From contig OY970399.1 of the NCBI GenBank assembly GCA_963720545.1, positions 832,001 to 896,000 on the forward strand: 64,000 bases of DNA, given 5' to 3'. This DNA comes from an uncultured Acidobacteriota bacterium. Its GTDB lineage: Bacteria > Acidobacteriota > Vicinamibacteria > Fen-336. The notes below the pieces were generated by a model. It was not told where the DNA came from and did no database searches. It saw nothing but the letters and a program-made list of their open reading frames with translations. The translations under genes and the position numbers were made by a program. Below, piece by piece: positions 48,985 through 61,791 of the stretch (position 1 is the first letter of the stretch; each line of letters opens with the position of its first letter).

Positions 48985-50435
48985 CATCCGTGACGCCGGC
49001 CGGCTCCGCCCCGCCGCGTCATGCCGCACTGGTGCGCCTGACGCACTGGCTGACAACGCTCAGTGTCGTTGTGCTGGCGTTTTCCGGGGTCGCCATACTG
49101 CTCGCACACCCGCGCCTCTATTGGGGCGAGACGGGCGCGCTCGGCGGCCCATCGCTCATCGACCTGCCGCTGCCGTTCGTGCTCGCGGTGCCGATCCGCG
49201 GGCCCGGCCGTTTCCTTCATTTCCTCGCCGCCTGGGTCCTTCTGTTCACTGGAATCGTGTACGGGATCCGCGGGCTGCTGAGCGGTCATTTCCTTCACAA
49301 CCTGTTGCCCGCGCGCGCCAGCCTGAGCCCGGCGTCGATCGCTGAGTCAATGCGCACCCACCTGCGCTTCGAACTGTCCTCGGAAGCGGAGTTTGCCGCC
49401 TACAACGTGTTGCAGCGGCTCAGCTACGCCGCCGTCGTCTTCGTCATGGTGCCACTGATGTTCTGGACCGGTCTCGCGATGTCGCCGGCGGTCACCTCAG
49501 TGTTCCCATACCTCGCGGTGAGCCTCGGCGGCCAGCAAAGCGCGCGCACCGTGCATTTCTTCGCCGCGGTCGCTCTGGTTTGGTTCGTGTTCGTGCACGT
49601 CGCCATGGTGTGGCTCACGGGGTTCCGCCGGCGCATGCGGGCGATGATCGCCGGCTCGGGCGCGGACGGCACCACGGGCCCGGCTCTCTCGCGGCGGCAA
49701 CTAATCGGGGCCGGTGTCGGCGCACTGGCGGGTGTCGGCGTTCTCAGCGTCGCATTCCGCTGGGCTGATCGCTGCGGTCTCGTGCCCGCGCATCACCGCG
49801 GTCTCTATGGCCTGAGCGAAACAATGACTTACGCCGGGCAGCGGCTCCTGACGCGGCTGCCGTCGATGGCGCGGGAATTCGACCGCAGCCAGATCTCGGC
49901 GGTGGCGCCGGTGAACGGTCCGGCGCCGGCTACAGCGGAGTATCGCGAGCTGCAGGCGGCCGGCTTCGCCAACTGGCGGCTGCAGGTCGACGGCATGGTG
50001 GAGCGGCCGGGCCAGCTCTCCCTCGCCGAGCTGAAGGCCTTCCCCGGGCGCAGCCAGATCACCCATCAAGCGTGCGAGGAAGGCTGGTCGTTCATCGCCG
50101 AATGGACCGGCGTGCCGCTCGCGCACGTACTGGAACACGTCGGCGTGCACCCCGGTGCGAGGTACGTGTTCTTCTTCGCGTTCGACGGCTGGTGGGACAG
50201 CATCGACATGGAGGATGCGCTGCATCCGCAGACGCTCCTGGCCTACGCCATGAACGGCCCCGGGATGCCGCTCGATCACGGCGCGCCGCTGCGCCTCAAG
50301 GTAGCGCGCCAGCTTGGCTACAAGAGCATGAAGTACGTCAAGCGAATGACGATCACCGACTCTGCCGCCGGCATCGGCGACGGGCTTGGTTCCATCTCGC
50401 CGCGCGCCGGCTATTCCTGGTACGCGGGCATCTGA
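48981..50435 (+). CDS. Cytochrome b/b6 domain fused to an MsrP/sulfite-oxidase-family molybdopterin domain
   Basis: RLTHW, RFLHF, YNVLQR, ARTVHF, then QITHQACEEGWS, HGAPLRL, GYKSMK. Confidence 0.88.
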   Translation: MTSVTPAGSAPPRHAALVRLTHWLTTLSVVVLAFSGVAILLAHPRLYWGETGALGGPSLIDLPLPFVLAVPIRGPGRFLHFLAAWVLLFTGIVYGIRGLLSGHFLHNLLPARASLSPASIAESMRTHLRFELSSEAEFAAYNVLQRLSYAAVVFVMVPLMFWTGLAMSPAVTSVFPYLAVSLGGQQSARTVHFFAAVALVWFVFVHVAMVWLTGFRRRMRAMIAGSGADGTTGPALSRRQLIGAGVGALAGVGVLSVAFRWADRCGLVPAHHRGLYGLSETMTYAGQRLLTRLPSMAREFDRSQISAVAPVNGPAPATAEYRELQAAGFANWRLQVDGMVERPGQLSLAELKAFPGRSQITHQACEEGWSFIAEWTGVPLAHVLEHVGVHPGARYVFFFAFDGWWDSIDMEDALHPQTLLAYAMNGPGMPLDHGAPLRLKVARQLGYKSMKYVKRMTITDSAAGIGDGLGSISPRAGYSWYAGI

Positions 50436-50438
50436 ACT

Positions 50439-51623
50439 TCACAGGGCGGTGCCCGCTGCGTGCGCGGAAGCCCACGCCCACTGGAAGTTGTAGCCGCCCA
50501 GCCAGCCGGTAACGTCAACCACCTCACCGATGAAGTAGAGGCCGGGGCTGAGGCGCGACTCCATCGTCGTCGACGACAGCGAATCGGTGGCGACGCCGCC
50601 GAGCGTGACTTCCGCGGTGCGGTAACCCTCGGTGCCGCTCGCTACCAGCGGCCAGCGGCCGAGCACGTCCGCAACCGCTCCCAGCTGCAGCTCGTTGTAC
50701 CGGCGCAACGGCCGGCTCTCGAGCCAGTGCTCGCATAGGCGCACCGCGAAGCTGCGCGGCAGCATCTCGCCGAGGACCGTGCGCAGCTCGGCGCCGGGCC
50801 GGGTGCGCTTCGCCTCGAGCAGGCGCTCGAGCACCGAGCCGCCGGGCACGAGGTCGATGCGCAAGTCGTCGCCGGGATTCCAGTAGGACGAAATCTGCAG
50901 GACCGCGGGGCCGCTGATGCCGCGGTGCGTGAGCAGCATCGCGCCGTCGAACTCCTGGCCGTTGCAACGCGCGACCACCGGCAGCGACACGCCGCTCAGG
51001 CCGTCGAGCCGGTCCTTGTGCACTCCGCTGAGGGTGAACGGCACGAGGCCGGCGCGCGTCGTGACCACCTCGTGGCCGAACTGGCGCGCCACCTGGTAGC
51101 CAAAGCCGCTCGCACCCATCGGCGGTATCGAGAGCCCGCCGCTGGCGATCACCAGCGAACCAGCCGACACTGCCTGGTCGCCGACGCGCATCGTGTATCC
51201 ACCCGCGGGCAGGCGCGCGATCTCCATCACCGCGGCGCGCGTCGTCACCTTCACCGAGCCGCGCCAGCATTCGTCGAGCAGCATCGAGACGATGCCCTTC
51301 GCCGAGTCGTCGCAGAACAGCTGGCCACGCTCCTTCTCGTGATAGCGGATGCGGTGCCGCGCGACCAGGGAGATGAAGTCGTCCGGCTGGTAGCGCGCGA
51401 GCGCCGAGCGGCAGAAATCGGGATTCTGCGAGAGGAAGTTTTCCGGAGCGGTGCCGGTGTTCGTGAAGTTGCAGCGACCGCCACCGGAGATGAGGATCTT
51501 CTTCCCCACCTTCTCGGCGTGCTCCACCAGCAGCACTTTGCGCCCGCGCTGCCCGGCGATGCCGGCACAGAAGAGTCCGGCGGCGCCGCCGCCGATGACC
51601 ACCGCGTCGAAGTCGAAGCTCAA
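50439..51623 (-). CDS. HI0933/YhiN-family flavoprotein
   Basis: [51 protein letters not shown]. Confidence 0.95.
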   Translation of the reverse strand: MSFDFDAVVIGGGAAGLFCAGIAGQRGRKVLLVEHAEKVGKKILISGGGRCNFTNTGTAPENFLSQNPDFCRSALARYQPDDFISLVARHRIRYHEKERGQLFCDDSAKGIVSMLLDECWRGSVKVTTRAAVMEIARLPAGGYTMRVGDQAVSAGSLVIASGGLSIPPMGASGFGYQVARQFGHEVVTTRAGLVPFTLSGVHKDRLDGLSGVSLPVVARCNGQEFDGAMLLTHRGISGPAVLQISSYWNPGDDLRIDLVPGGSVLERLLEAKRTRPGAELRTVLGEMLPRSFAVRLCEHWLESRPLRRYNELQLGAVADVLGRWPLVASGTEGYRTAEVTLGGVATDSLSSTTMESRLSPGLYFIGEVVDVTGWLGGYNFQWAWASAHAAGTAL

Positions 51624-54322
51624 CGCGCGGAGGGTTGCGGCGGACGGCGCCACTCGTCGATGAGGTTTGCGACCAGCGCGGTCCAGCCCGTCTGGTGCGA
51701 CGCGCCGAGTCCCTGGCCGGTCTCGCCGTGGAAGAACTCGTAGAACAGGATCAGGTCGCGCCAGTGCGGGTCGTCCTGGAATTTCGCGATCCCGCCGTAC
51801 ACCGGCCGCCGGCCGCTGCCGTCGCGCGTGAACAGGCCGATCATGCGGTTGGCGAGGTCGCCGGCGAGGTCGCGCACCGGACGCGGGTCGCCTTCGGTGC
51901 CGAGCGTCGGCACCAGCAGCGAGTCCTGGAAAGCCACGCCGATCTTGCGCAGCGACTCGACCATGAGGAACGCGGTCGGGAACCAGATCGGCCCGCGCCA
52001 GTTCGAGTTGCCGCCCTTGATCTTGGTCTCGGATTCGGCCGGCTCGTAGCGCAGCGTGCGGCCGCCCCACTCGAACGGATTGTCGAGGTGGTACCGCGAC
52101 AGGCTGCGCATGCCGTACGGGGCCATGAACTCGCGCGGGTCGAAGACGCGCTCCAGCAGCCGCCGCATCTGCGCGGGATCGACGATCGCGAGCACGTGCA
52201 CGGTGTCCTCGCCGCGGTGGATCGTGTAGCAGACGTTCTGCACGATGTTCTGCTTGTTGGTCACCACCCACTCGAGGTTGCGCTGGAAGCCGGTGAAGCG
52301 CTTCGACCAGCGGTCTTCCAGCCGTTCGATCGCGTACAGCGGGATGAGCCCCACCAGCGAGCGCACCCGGAACTTTTCGAAACGGCCGTCGGGATGGCGC
52401 AGCACGTCGTAGAAGAAGCCGTCGTCCTCGTCCCACAGCTGGTAGTCCGCGCCGCCCGCCTTCTTCATGGCCGCGGCAATGTAGAGGTAGTGCTGGAAGA
52501 ACTTGGTGGCAAGGCCCTCGTACACCGGGTTCTGGCGCGCCAGCTCCAGGGCGATGCGCATCAGGTTAAGCGAGAACATCGCCATCCACCCCGAGGCGTC
52601 CGACTGCTCCAGCACCACGCCGTCCGGCAGGTGCTCGCTGCGGTCCACGAGCGCGATGTTGTCGAGGCCGAGAAAGCCGCCCTCGAAGATGTTGTTGCCC
52701 TCGGCGTCCACCTTGTTCACCCACCAGGCGAAGTTGATGAGCAGCTTGTGGAAGCACGACTCCAGGAACGCGCGGTCGCCGGCGCCGGTGCGTGTGCGCT
52801 CCATGTTGTAGACGCGAAACACCGCCCACGCGTGCACCGGCGGGTTGAGGTCGGAGAACTCCCACTCGCAAGCGGGGATCTGCCCCGACGGATGCTGGAA
52901 CTGCTCGAACAGCAGGTACCAGAGCTGCTCCTTGGCGAACGCCGGGTCGATGAGCGCGAACGCAACCGACTGGAACGCCTGGTCCCACGCGGCGAACCAC
53001 GGGTATTCCCACGAGTCGGGCATCGAGAGGATGCGCCGCGAGTTGAGGTGCTTCCAGCGCGAGTTGCGGCCGTTCTTGCGCTCCTCGGGCGGCGGCGCCT
53101 GAGGGTCGTCGCCCTCCAGCCACTTGTTGACGTCGTACATGTAGAGCTGCTTGTTCCACAGCAGCCCGGCGAGCGCCTGGCGCTGCACCAGCTTCTCGTC
53201 GTCCGTCGCCTGCGGCGGATGCAGCGCTCGATAGAACTCGTCGGCCTCCCGCTTGCGGGTGGCGATCAGGGCGTCCAGCGACTGCAGCGGCGCTGCGGTC
53301 GCGAGCGGCGCGAGGCGGATGCGAAACGACACCGACTCCCCCGGCGGCACCATGGCTTGATAATGAACCGCGGCCTTCGTGCCGAACTGTTCGGGGTTTA
53401 CTGCGCCCTGTTCGCCGTTGACGACCAGGCGGTGGAACGCGTCCTTGAAGAAGCGGCGGCCTTCAGTGTGGCGCGCGCCGGGGACTCGCGCCGGGTTCGA
53501 CTCGTTGTCGGTGAAGAGCGGCGTGCCGCCGGCATCGGCGTAGAAATAGCGGCGGCCGAGGCGGTAGGGCCGCGTCATCTCCGGTATCGGCGGGCCGTTG
53601 GTGTCGTCGAGGACGAAGCTCGTCGCCGCGGGGCTGGACGGTCCCAGCTCGATGCGCGGCTCACCGCTGCGCTCGGCGCCGAACGCCCAGGTGTTGCGAA
53701 ACCAGAGGTGCGGCAGCACGTGGATGGGCGCCGCTTCCGGGCCGCGGTTCCACACGGTCACCCTGGCGCCCAGGTCCTCGATGTCCCACTTCGCCCACTC
53801 GATGACGATGTCGAAGTAGCGGTCGTCGTCGAAGATGCCGGTGTCGATCAGCTCGAACTCCGGGCCCTGGCCCGAACGGCGCTGGTTTTCCTGCACCAGC
53901 CACGAGTACGGGTACTCTCGCTGAGGATACTTGTAGAGCATCTTCATGTAGGCGTGGCTCGGCAGGCCGTCCACGTGGAAGTAGTACTCCTTCACGTCCT
54001 CGCCGTGGTTGCCTTCGGACGGCACCACGCCGAAGAAGCGCTCCTTGAGGATGGGGTCGTGCCCGTTCCAGAACGCGAAGGCGAGGCACGCGACCTGGTA
54101 ACGGTCGCAGAAGCCGCCGATGCCGTCCTCGCCCCAGCGATAGGCGCGGCTGCGCGCCTGGTCGTGGGGGAAGAAGGACCACGCCGAGCCGTCGGCGCTG
54201 TAGTCCTCGCGCACGCTCGCCCACGCGCGGTCGGAGAGGTACGGGCCGAAGCGGCGCCACGATCCGACCTCGCCGTCCACTTCGCCGAGGCGCGCGCTCT
54301 CCGCGGTTTCAGCCGTGCTCAT
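51620..54322 (-). CDS. GH63-like glucosidase (MGH1-like)
   Basis: [58 protein letters not shown]. Confidence 0.94.
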   Translation of the reverse strand: MSTAETAESARLGEVDGEVGSWRRFGPYLSDRAWASVREDYSADGSAWSFFPHDQARSRAYRWGEDGIGGFCDRYQVACLAFAFWNGHDPILKERFFGVVPSEGNHGEDVKEYYFHVDGLPSHAYMKMLYKYPQREYPYSWLVQENQRRSGQGPEFELIDTGIFDDDRYFDIVIEWAKWDIEDLGARVTVWNRGPEAAPIHVLPHLWFRNTWAFGAERSGEPRIELGPSSPAATSFVLDDTNGPPIPEMTRPYRLGRRYFYADAGGTPLFTDNESNPARVPGARHTEGRRFFKDAFHRLVVNGEQGAVNPEQFGTKAAVHYQAMVPPGESVSFRIRLAPLATAAPLQSLDALIATRKREADEFYRALHPPQATDDEKLVQRQALAGLLWNKQLYMYDVNKWLEGDDPQAPPPEERKNGRNSRWKHLNSRRILSMPDSWEYPWFAAWDQAFQSVAFALIDPAFAKEQLWYLLFEQFQHPSGQIPACEWEFSDLNPPVHAWAVFRVYNMERTRTGAGDRAFLESCFHKLLINFAWWVNKVDAEGNNIFEGGFLGLDNIALVDRSEHLPDGVVLEQSDASGWMAMFSLNLMRIALELARQNPVYEGLATKFFQHYLYIAAAMKKAGGADYQLWDEDDGFFYDVLRHPDGRFEKFRVRSLVGLIPLYAIERLEDRWSKRFTGFQRNLEWVVTNKQNIVQNVCYTIHRGEDTVHVLAIVDPAQMRRLLERVFDPREFMAPYGMRSLSRYHLDNPFEWGGRTLRYEPAESETKIKGGNSNWRGPIWFPTAFLMVESLRKIGVAFQDSLLVPTLGTEGDPRPVRDLAGDLANRMIGLFTRDGSGRRPVYGGIAKFQDDPHWRDLILFYEFFHGETGQGLGASHQTGWTALVANLIDEWRRPPQPSAR

Positions 54323-54879
54323 CAGTAAAAGCGTTCGATGCGGGCGCGGGTGCGCAGGTCATGCGTCAGCGTCTCCATGTCGGGCGACTGGCGCAGCAGC
54401 GCCTCGATCGTCTTCTGGATGCGCAGCTCGCTGCGATAGGCCGCCGGGTTCGTGCCCTGGTCGGCGAGAAACTGCGCCCATTCGGCGTCGCTGCCATGGC
54501 CGGCGCGCGCAGCATCGTAGGCGACGTTGAGGGCGCTCTCGTCGGCCGCGATGTTGCGACGCAGCGCTTCCTGCAGCAGCATCTCGCGGTCGACGAGGTG
54601 ATCGAGCGCGGCGCGCATGGCGCGCGGCCGTTCGGTGTTCTTGAAAGTGCCGCGGGCGATCAGCTCGCGCGCATAGAGTGCGACGTTCAGTGACGGCACG
54701 TCCTTGCCGTTGACGCGCGCCGCCACTGTCGGCAGTGGCGACGGCAGGGGCGCGCCGCTGTCCTGCGGCGAAGGCGTTGCTTCCGCGACCGCCGCTTCGC
54801 GCGCCTTGCCAGAACAGGCGCCGAGCAGGCACACTGTCGCGACGACGGCGAAAGGAGCGCGGGGCCTCGGCCACTTCAT
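54322..54879 (-). CDS. SurA N-terminal-domain lipoprotein
   Basis: LLGAC lipobox, [28 protein letters not shown]. Confidence 0.75.
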   Translation of the reverse strand: MKWPRPRAPFAVVATVCLLGACSGKAREAAVAEATPSPQDSGAPLPSPLPTVAARVNGKDVPSLNVALYARELIARGTFKNTERPRAMRAALDHLVDREMLLQEALRRNIAADESALNVAYDAARAGHGSDAEWAQFLADQGTNPAAYRSELRIQKTIEALLRQSPDMETLTHDLRTRARIERFY

Positions 54880-54893
54880 GGATGGAAGGTAGC

Positions 54894-56057
54894 ATGTTCT
54901 CCCATCGCACCCTTTGGGACCAGACGCCCAACCGCCTCGCCGCCCTCACCGCCGCGAAGCGCGCCGCGGGTGCAGCGCTCATCGACCTGACCGAATCGAA
55001 CCCGACCGCGGCCGGCCTCACCGCGGATGTTTCGATCCTGGCGCTCCTTGCCGCTCCAGCCGCGCTGCGCTACGAGCCCGATCCGCGCGGCCTGCCCGCG
55101 GCGCGCGCCGCCGTCGCGCGCGACTACCTGCGGCGCGGCGCGACGGTCGATGCCGGCCAGGTCCTGCTCACCGCGAGCAGCAGCGAGGCGTACTCGTTCC
55201 TGTTCAAGGCATTGTGCGATCCCGGCGACGAGGTGCTGGTGCCGCGCCCGGGCTATCCGCTCTTCGACTTTCTCGCCGGCCTCGAAAACGTGGTGCATCG
55301 GCCCTACACGCTCGTTCATGACGGCGAGTGGCACTTGAGCGCCGGCAGCCTCGCGGCAGAGATGACCGAGCGCACGCGCGCCGTGGTGGTGGTGAACCCC
55401 AACAACCCCACCGGATCGTTCCTGAAGAAGGACGAGACGCGCGACCTGCAGCAGCTGTGCGCGGCCCGCAACGTGGCGATCGTCGCCGACGAGGTGTTCG
55501 CCGACTTTGCGTGGCGGGAGGATCCCGCGCGCCAGGCGAGCCTGGCCGGCGCCGGCAATGCAGCGCTCACCTTCTCGCTCGGCGGCTTGTCGAAGTCATG
55601 CGGCCTGCCGCAGTTGAAGCTTGGCTGGATCGCCGTCAGCGGCCCACCCGCGCTGCGCGACGACGCGCTGGCGCGCCTGGAACTGGTTGCCGACACGTTC
55701 CTCTCGGTGGGCACGCCGGTGCAGCACGCCGCGAACAGTCTTCTGGCGCAGGCGCAGCGGCTGCAGGCGCCGATACGTGAGCGGGTCGCCGCCAACGCTG
55801 CCGTGCTGGTGGAAGCGGCCGCGCAGCGCAGCGACGTCTCGCTGTTGCACAGCGAGGGCGGTTGGTATGCGGTGCTGCGTGTGCCGGCGACGGAGCCCGA
55901 GGAAGAGCTGGTGCTGCGCCTGCTGCGCGACCACGACCTCCTCATCCACCCCGGCTATTTTTTCGACTTCCCGCAGGAGGCGTTCCTGGTGGCAAGCCTG
56001 TTGCCGCCAACCGGCACGTTCCGCGAAGGCTGCGCCCGACTCATCGCCGCAGTTTGA
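54894..56057 (+). CDS. PLP-dependent class I/II aminotransferase
   Basis: DLTESNPT, PGYPLF, NPNNPTG, DEVF, GGLSKSCGLPQLKLGW. Confidence 0.93.
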   Translation: MFSHRTLWDQTPNRLAALTAAKRAAGAALIDLTESNPTAAGLTADVSILALLAAPAALRYEPDPRGLPAARAAVARDYLRRGATVDAGQVLLTASSSEAYSFLFKALCDPGDEVLVPRPGYPLFDFLAGLENVVHRPYTLVHDGEWHLSAGSLAAEMTERTRAVVVVNPNNPTGSFLKKDETRDLQQLCAARNVAIVADEVFADFAWREDPARQASLAGAGNAALTFSLGGLSKSCGLPQLKLGWIAVSGPPALRDDALARLELVADTFLSVGTPVQHAANSLLAQAQRLQAPIRERVAANAAVLVEAAAQRSDVSLLHSEGGWYAVLRVPATEPEEELVLRLLRDHDLLIHPGYFFDFPQEAFLVASLLPPTGTFREGCARLIAAV

Positions 56058-56076
56058 GTTGCAGTAAGGTGGCTGC

Positions 56077-56457
56077 ATGACTGTTCGCCGCGTGTCGCCG
56101 CAGGAAGCGCTGTCCCTCATGACCACGGACGGATACGCCTACGTGGACGTGCGCTCGGTGCCGGAATTCGAGGCCGGCCATCCGCAAGGCGCCGTCAACA
56201 TTCCGCTCGCCAACATGGTGCCTGGCGGCATGGTGCCGAACCCGGCGTTCCTTCCCGACATCCAGAAGCAGTACGCGAAGGACGCGAAGCTCGTGATCGG
56301 CTGCCAGTCCGGCGGCCGCTCGCTGCAGGCGGCGCAGATCCTGATGGCCGCGGGATTCATCGATGTGGTCGAGCAGCGCGCCGGCTTCGGCGGCACGCCG
56401 TTCGAGCCCGGCTGGCGCCAGCTCGGCCTGCCGCTCGCGCGCGGCGGTGCCTCGTGA
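56077..56457 (+). CDS. Single-domain rhodanese
   Basis: DVRSVPEFEAGHP, CQSGGRS active loop. Confidence 0.93.
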   Translation: MTVRRVSPQEALSLMTTDGYAYVDVRSVPEFEAGHPQGAVNIPLANMVPGGMVPNPAFLPDIQKQYAKDAKLVIGCQSGGRSLQAAQILMAAGFIDVVEQRAGFGGTPFEPGWRQLGLPLARGGAS

Positions 56458-57161
56458 ACGACGCGGCCTCGCGCGGGTACCTGGTCACCGGCGGCACCGG
56501 CGCCCTCGGCCGCGCCGTGGTCGAGCGGCTGGTGGCGGGCGGCCATCGCGTCGCGGTGCCCTATCGCGACGAACCGTCTTTTGCCGCGCTCGGCATCGAC
56601 AACGGCAAGGGGCTCTTGTGGAGCGCCAAGGCGCACCTCGTCGACTATGAAGACACGCGCGCCTTCGTGGACGAAGCGGTGCGCCACCTGGGCAGCCTCG
56701 ACGGCGTCGCCGCAATCGCCGGCGGCTTCACTGCGTCGGGGAATTTCGAAGCGGCACCGGCGTCGGAATGGGGCGCGATGTTCGACGTCAACCTGACGAC
56801 CGTGTACAACACCTGCCGCGCCGCGCTGCCGCACCTGCTGAAAGGCGGCGGCAGTGTCGTCACGGTCGGCTCGAAGAGCGCCGAGACGGCCGGCGCGGGC
56901 GCCGCGGCGTATTCGGTTGCGAAGGTGGCGGTCTCGGCGCTGACCCGCGTCCTGGCACTCGAAAATCGCGCGCGCGGCGTGCGCTTCAACTGCATCCTGC
57001 CTGGCACCATCGATACCGCCGCCAATCGCGCAGCCATGCCGAAGGCGGACCATGCCAAGTGGACGAGCCCGGAAGCCATCGCTTCGGTGATCGTGTTCCT
57101 GCTGTCGGACGCGTCGGCGCCCACCACCGGCGGCGTGATCCCGGTGGACGGAAGAACGTAG
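56454..57161 (+). CDS. Short-chain dehydrogenase/reductase
   Basis: TGGTGALG, YSVAK, PGTIDT. Confidence 0.93.
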   Translation: MNDAASRGYLVTGGTGALGRAVVERLVAGGHRVAVPYRDEPSFAALGIDNGKGLLWSAKAHLVDYEDTRAFVDEAVRHLGSLDGVAAIAGGFTASGNFEAAPASEWGAMFDVNLTTVYNTCRAALPHLLKGGGSVVTVGSKSAETAGAGAAAYSVAKVAVSALTRVLALENRARGVRFNCILPGTIDTAANRAAMPKADHAKWTSPEAIASVIVFLLSDASAPTTGGVIPVDGRT

Positions 57162-57165
57162 GCCG

Positions 57166-57465
57166 CTAACCGCGGATCGTGCGCAGCATGACGATCAGGG
57201 TGGCGAGGAACAGGAGCAGGGCGCCGAGCATCAGAATCGCCAGCCCGCGCATGCGCTTCGGGTCGATGGCCGGCGTTTTCTTCTGGTTCGGCCATTCGCG
57301 CGCGGCTTCCTGCTGCAGGTAGCGCGTCTGGCAGCGGGCGCACGCGGCCAGGTGAGTCGTGATCTCCGACGGTGCTAGACCCGGCAGGGCGCCCGAAAGC
57401 ACGCGCAGTCCGGTGTCGTTCACGCAACCCGAGCCGTCGAGGTAGGCAGACACGGCCGCTGTCAC
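57166..57465 (-). CDS. Small zf-HC2 (anti-sigma-like) membrane protein
   Basis: HLAACARC motif and C-terminal TM helix. Confidence 0.65.
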   Translation of the reverse strand: MTAAVSAYLDGSGCVNDTGLRVLSGALPGLAPSEITTHLAACARCQTRYLQQEAAREWPNQKKTPAIDPKRMRGLAILMLGALLLFLATLIVMLRTIRG

Positions 57466-58232
57466 TGGTGCGTCCTCGGCACGGAGCCGCGCGGCATCGC
57501 CTCGGCGCGCAGCAGGTCACGGTCGGCGGCCTTGCGCGCGGGTCGCGGCACGTTGACGCCGCTGCGCGCGAGTGCCACGAACAGGCTCTCGGGCGGATCG
57601 ACCCGCCGCCGATACGCCTCACCCGACTCGTCCACGTAATAGGGGCACGCATCGGTGTCGCAGCTGTCGTCCACGTACGCCGGGCGCGCATCGAGATCCT
57701 TGTGGCCCATCACGCGTTCCGGACCCAAACGCCCCTCGGACATCGCGAACATGGTGCGCAGCAGCCACGCCAGCGCGCGCACCTGCACGTCCGGGAACGG
57801 CTCGTCGCTGCGGCCGGAATGGGCCACCTCGATGCCGACGCTGTCGGCGTTGTAGCCGGCGACATGGCCGTAGACCGGAGCCGCCTCGGCCGCTATGCGC
57901 CGCTGGTCCACGGCGCTCGCGGCACGCGACACATCGGGAAGCCACGACGGGTGCCTGGCGTCGCGCGGATGGCGCGGCCACAGCGAACCGTCGGTCCACA
58001 AGATCCACTGCGCGCCGAAGCGGCTGCTCCACAGCGCCTGCGTCTGCCGCGGCGAGAGGAAACGGAAGCGCCGCTCGGGCTTGTCGTAGTCGGGGCCGCC
58101 GGGCGTGTGCAGCACCACGCGCGTGACCCGCTGCGGCAGCGTGGCAGCGCGCGGCGCGGCGGCTGCGCCGCACGGCGCGCGCAGCGCCAGGAACGCGGCG
58201 AGCGAGACGCGGAGCGCAGCCTTCGCCTTCAT
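57462..58232 (-). CDS. N-acetylmuramoyl-L-alanine amidase (Amidase_2), secreted
   Basis: VVLHT, HVAGYNADSVGIE, MGHKD, DPP. Confidence 0.85.
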   Translation of the reverse strand: MKAKAALRVSLAAFLALRAPCGAAAAPRAATLPQRVTRVVLHTPGGPDYDKPERRFRFLSPRQTQALWSSRFGAQWILWTDGSLWPRHPRDARHPSWLPDVSRAASAVDQRRIAAEAAPVYGHVAGYNADSVGIEVAHSGRSDEPFPDVQVRALAWLLRTMFAMSEGRLGPERVMGHKDLDARPAYVDDSCDTDACPYYVDESGEAYRRRVDPPESLFVALARSGVNVPRPARKAADRDLLRAEAMPRGSVPRTHQ

Positions 58233-58257
58233 GAGCGCAGCTTATAATGCTGCCCGA

Positions 58258-58732
58258 ATGAGCTTCGAGCCCAGCGCCAATCGACTGTGGAAGCGCCTGC
58301 CGCCGCCCGATCGTCTGGCCGCCGCGCAGGCATTTTTCGCCGAACCGCCGACCGAGCTGCTCGGCACGGCGCTTGGCGCCATCGTGCAATCGCGCCACCT
58401 GCGCCCGCAGGTCGCGCGCGCGCTGGGCAAGGACGAGAGTGCCCGCATCCTCGCCACCGTGCTCGACGTCGGCGAGTCGCTCGCATCGGCGCTGCTCGTG
58501 TGCCTGCACCTCGGCGAGCGGCGCGCGCTGCTCGTCACCTTCCTGGATGCGCTCGGCCTGCCGCACGAGGAGGGAATGCTGAAGGAGGAGGCCGAAGCGA
58601 TCGAGATCGACGACGCAAAGGTCGCGAAGGGCGTCGATGCGCTGCTCGCGGCGCACCCGAAGGACCAGGTGCGCGTCTATCTCAACACCTTGTGGCAGCA
58701 GGACCCCGAGCACTGGACGGCGCTCGAGAAGA

Positions 58733-58758
<26 letters not shown>
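58258..58758 (+). CDS. Conserved hypothetical protein
   Basis: Protein-like helical ORF ([22 protein letters not shown]) with TATAAT just upstream. Confidence 0.7.
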
Positions 58759-60982
<2,224 letters not shown>

Positions 60983-61032
60983 AGCGCCGCGATTGCTTAC
61001 CCCCTGAGTTCTCACTAGGCTCGGATACCTGC

Positions 61033-61791
61033 ATGAGTTCCCGGCGCCGCCTTCCTGTGCTGCTCCTGCTGGCGGCGGCGCTGTTCGCGGCCGGCGGCTG
61101 CCGCAAGACGCCCGTGAGTCCGCGCAAGAGCGCCGAACAGGCGATTCTCGAGCGGCGCAAGGCGGGCCTGCAGGCGCTCCTCGAGCAAGCGCGCCGCGGC
61201 CCGCTGCCGTTCAACCAGGTGCTGGTGGCGATCGACCAGAGCCTGGTGCAGCAGCTCATCACCTCGGCGCTGCCGTTCAAGCGCGTCGTGAACAACGAGT
61301 ACCAGGTGACGATCGAAACCGTCACCGTCAACTTCGACGACGCGTTCGCGCTCATCAAGCTCGGCGGCCGTGTCGCGATGGTGTCGCGGCCCGACACCAC
61401 GTTCGCCGACGTCGCGGTCTACGGTGCCCTCGACATCGTCGAACTCGACCCGGTGTCGGGGGTGTTGCGCGGCCAGGTCAAGGTGGTGGGCCTGGACGCG
61501 GCCAAAGTGTCGGTGCTGGGCGTCGTCACCAAGACCGCCGAGAACCTGCTGGAAGAGTTTGCCGGCGACAAGGTCGAGGAGCTGGGCACGCTCTTTTCCA
61601 AGCTCGAGATCCCGGTGAAGCTCGAGAAGGAGATCGTGATCCCGGGCTTCGGGCCCGACGGGCCGGTGCAGATCAAGGAAGCGCGCATCCAGATGAGCGG
61701 CGCCGTCACCGACGTCACCGCTTACCGCAACCGCCTGTACGTCAGCATCGGCGTCACCATCTGCAACGGCGGCGACGGGCACCTGAAGTGA
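61033..61791 (+). CDS. Hypothetical lipoprotein
   Basis: AAGGC lipobox-like signal, beta-rich body, strong codon bias. Confidence 0.75.
   Translation: MSSRRRLPVLLLLAAALFAAGGCRKTPVSPRKSAEQAILERRKAGLQALLEQARRGPLPFNQVLVAIDQSLVQQLITSALPFKRVVNNEYQVTIETVTVNFDDAFALIKLGGRVAMVSRPDTTFADVAVYGALDIVELDPVSGVLRGQVKVVGLDAAKVSVLGVVTKTAENLLEEFAGDKVEELGTLFSKLEIPVKLEKEIVIPGFGPDGPVQIKEARIQMSGAVTDVTAYRNRLYVSIGVTICNGGDGHLK

Noticed and set aside
51635..54328. 897-aa plus-strand ORF (likewise 33535-35583, 47272-49056, 59049-61400, 16588-18339)
   Set aside because: Shadow or alternative-frame ORFs over well-supported genes, with low-complexity R/A/G-rich translations
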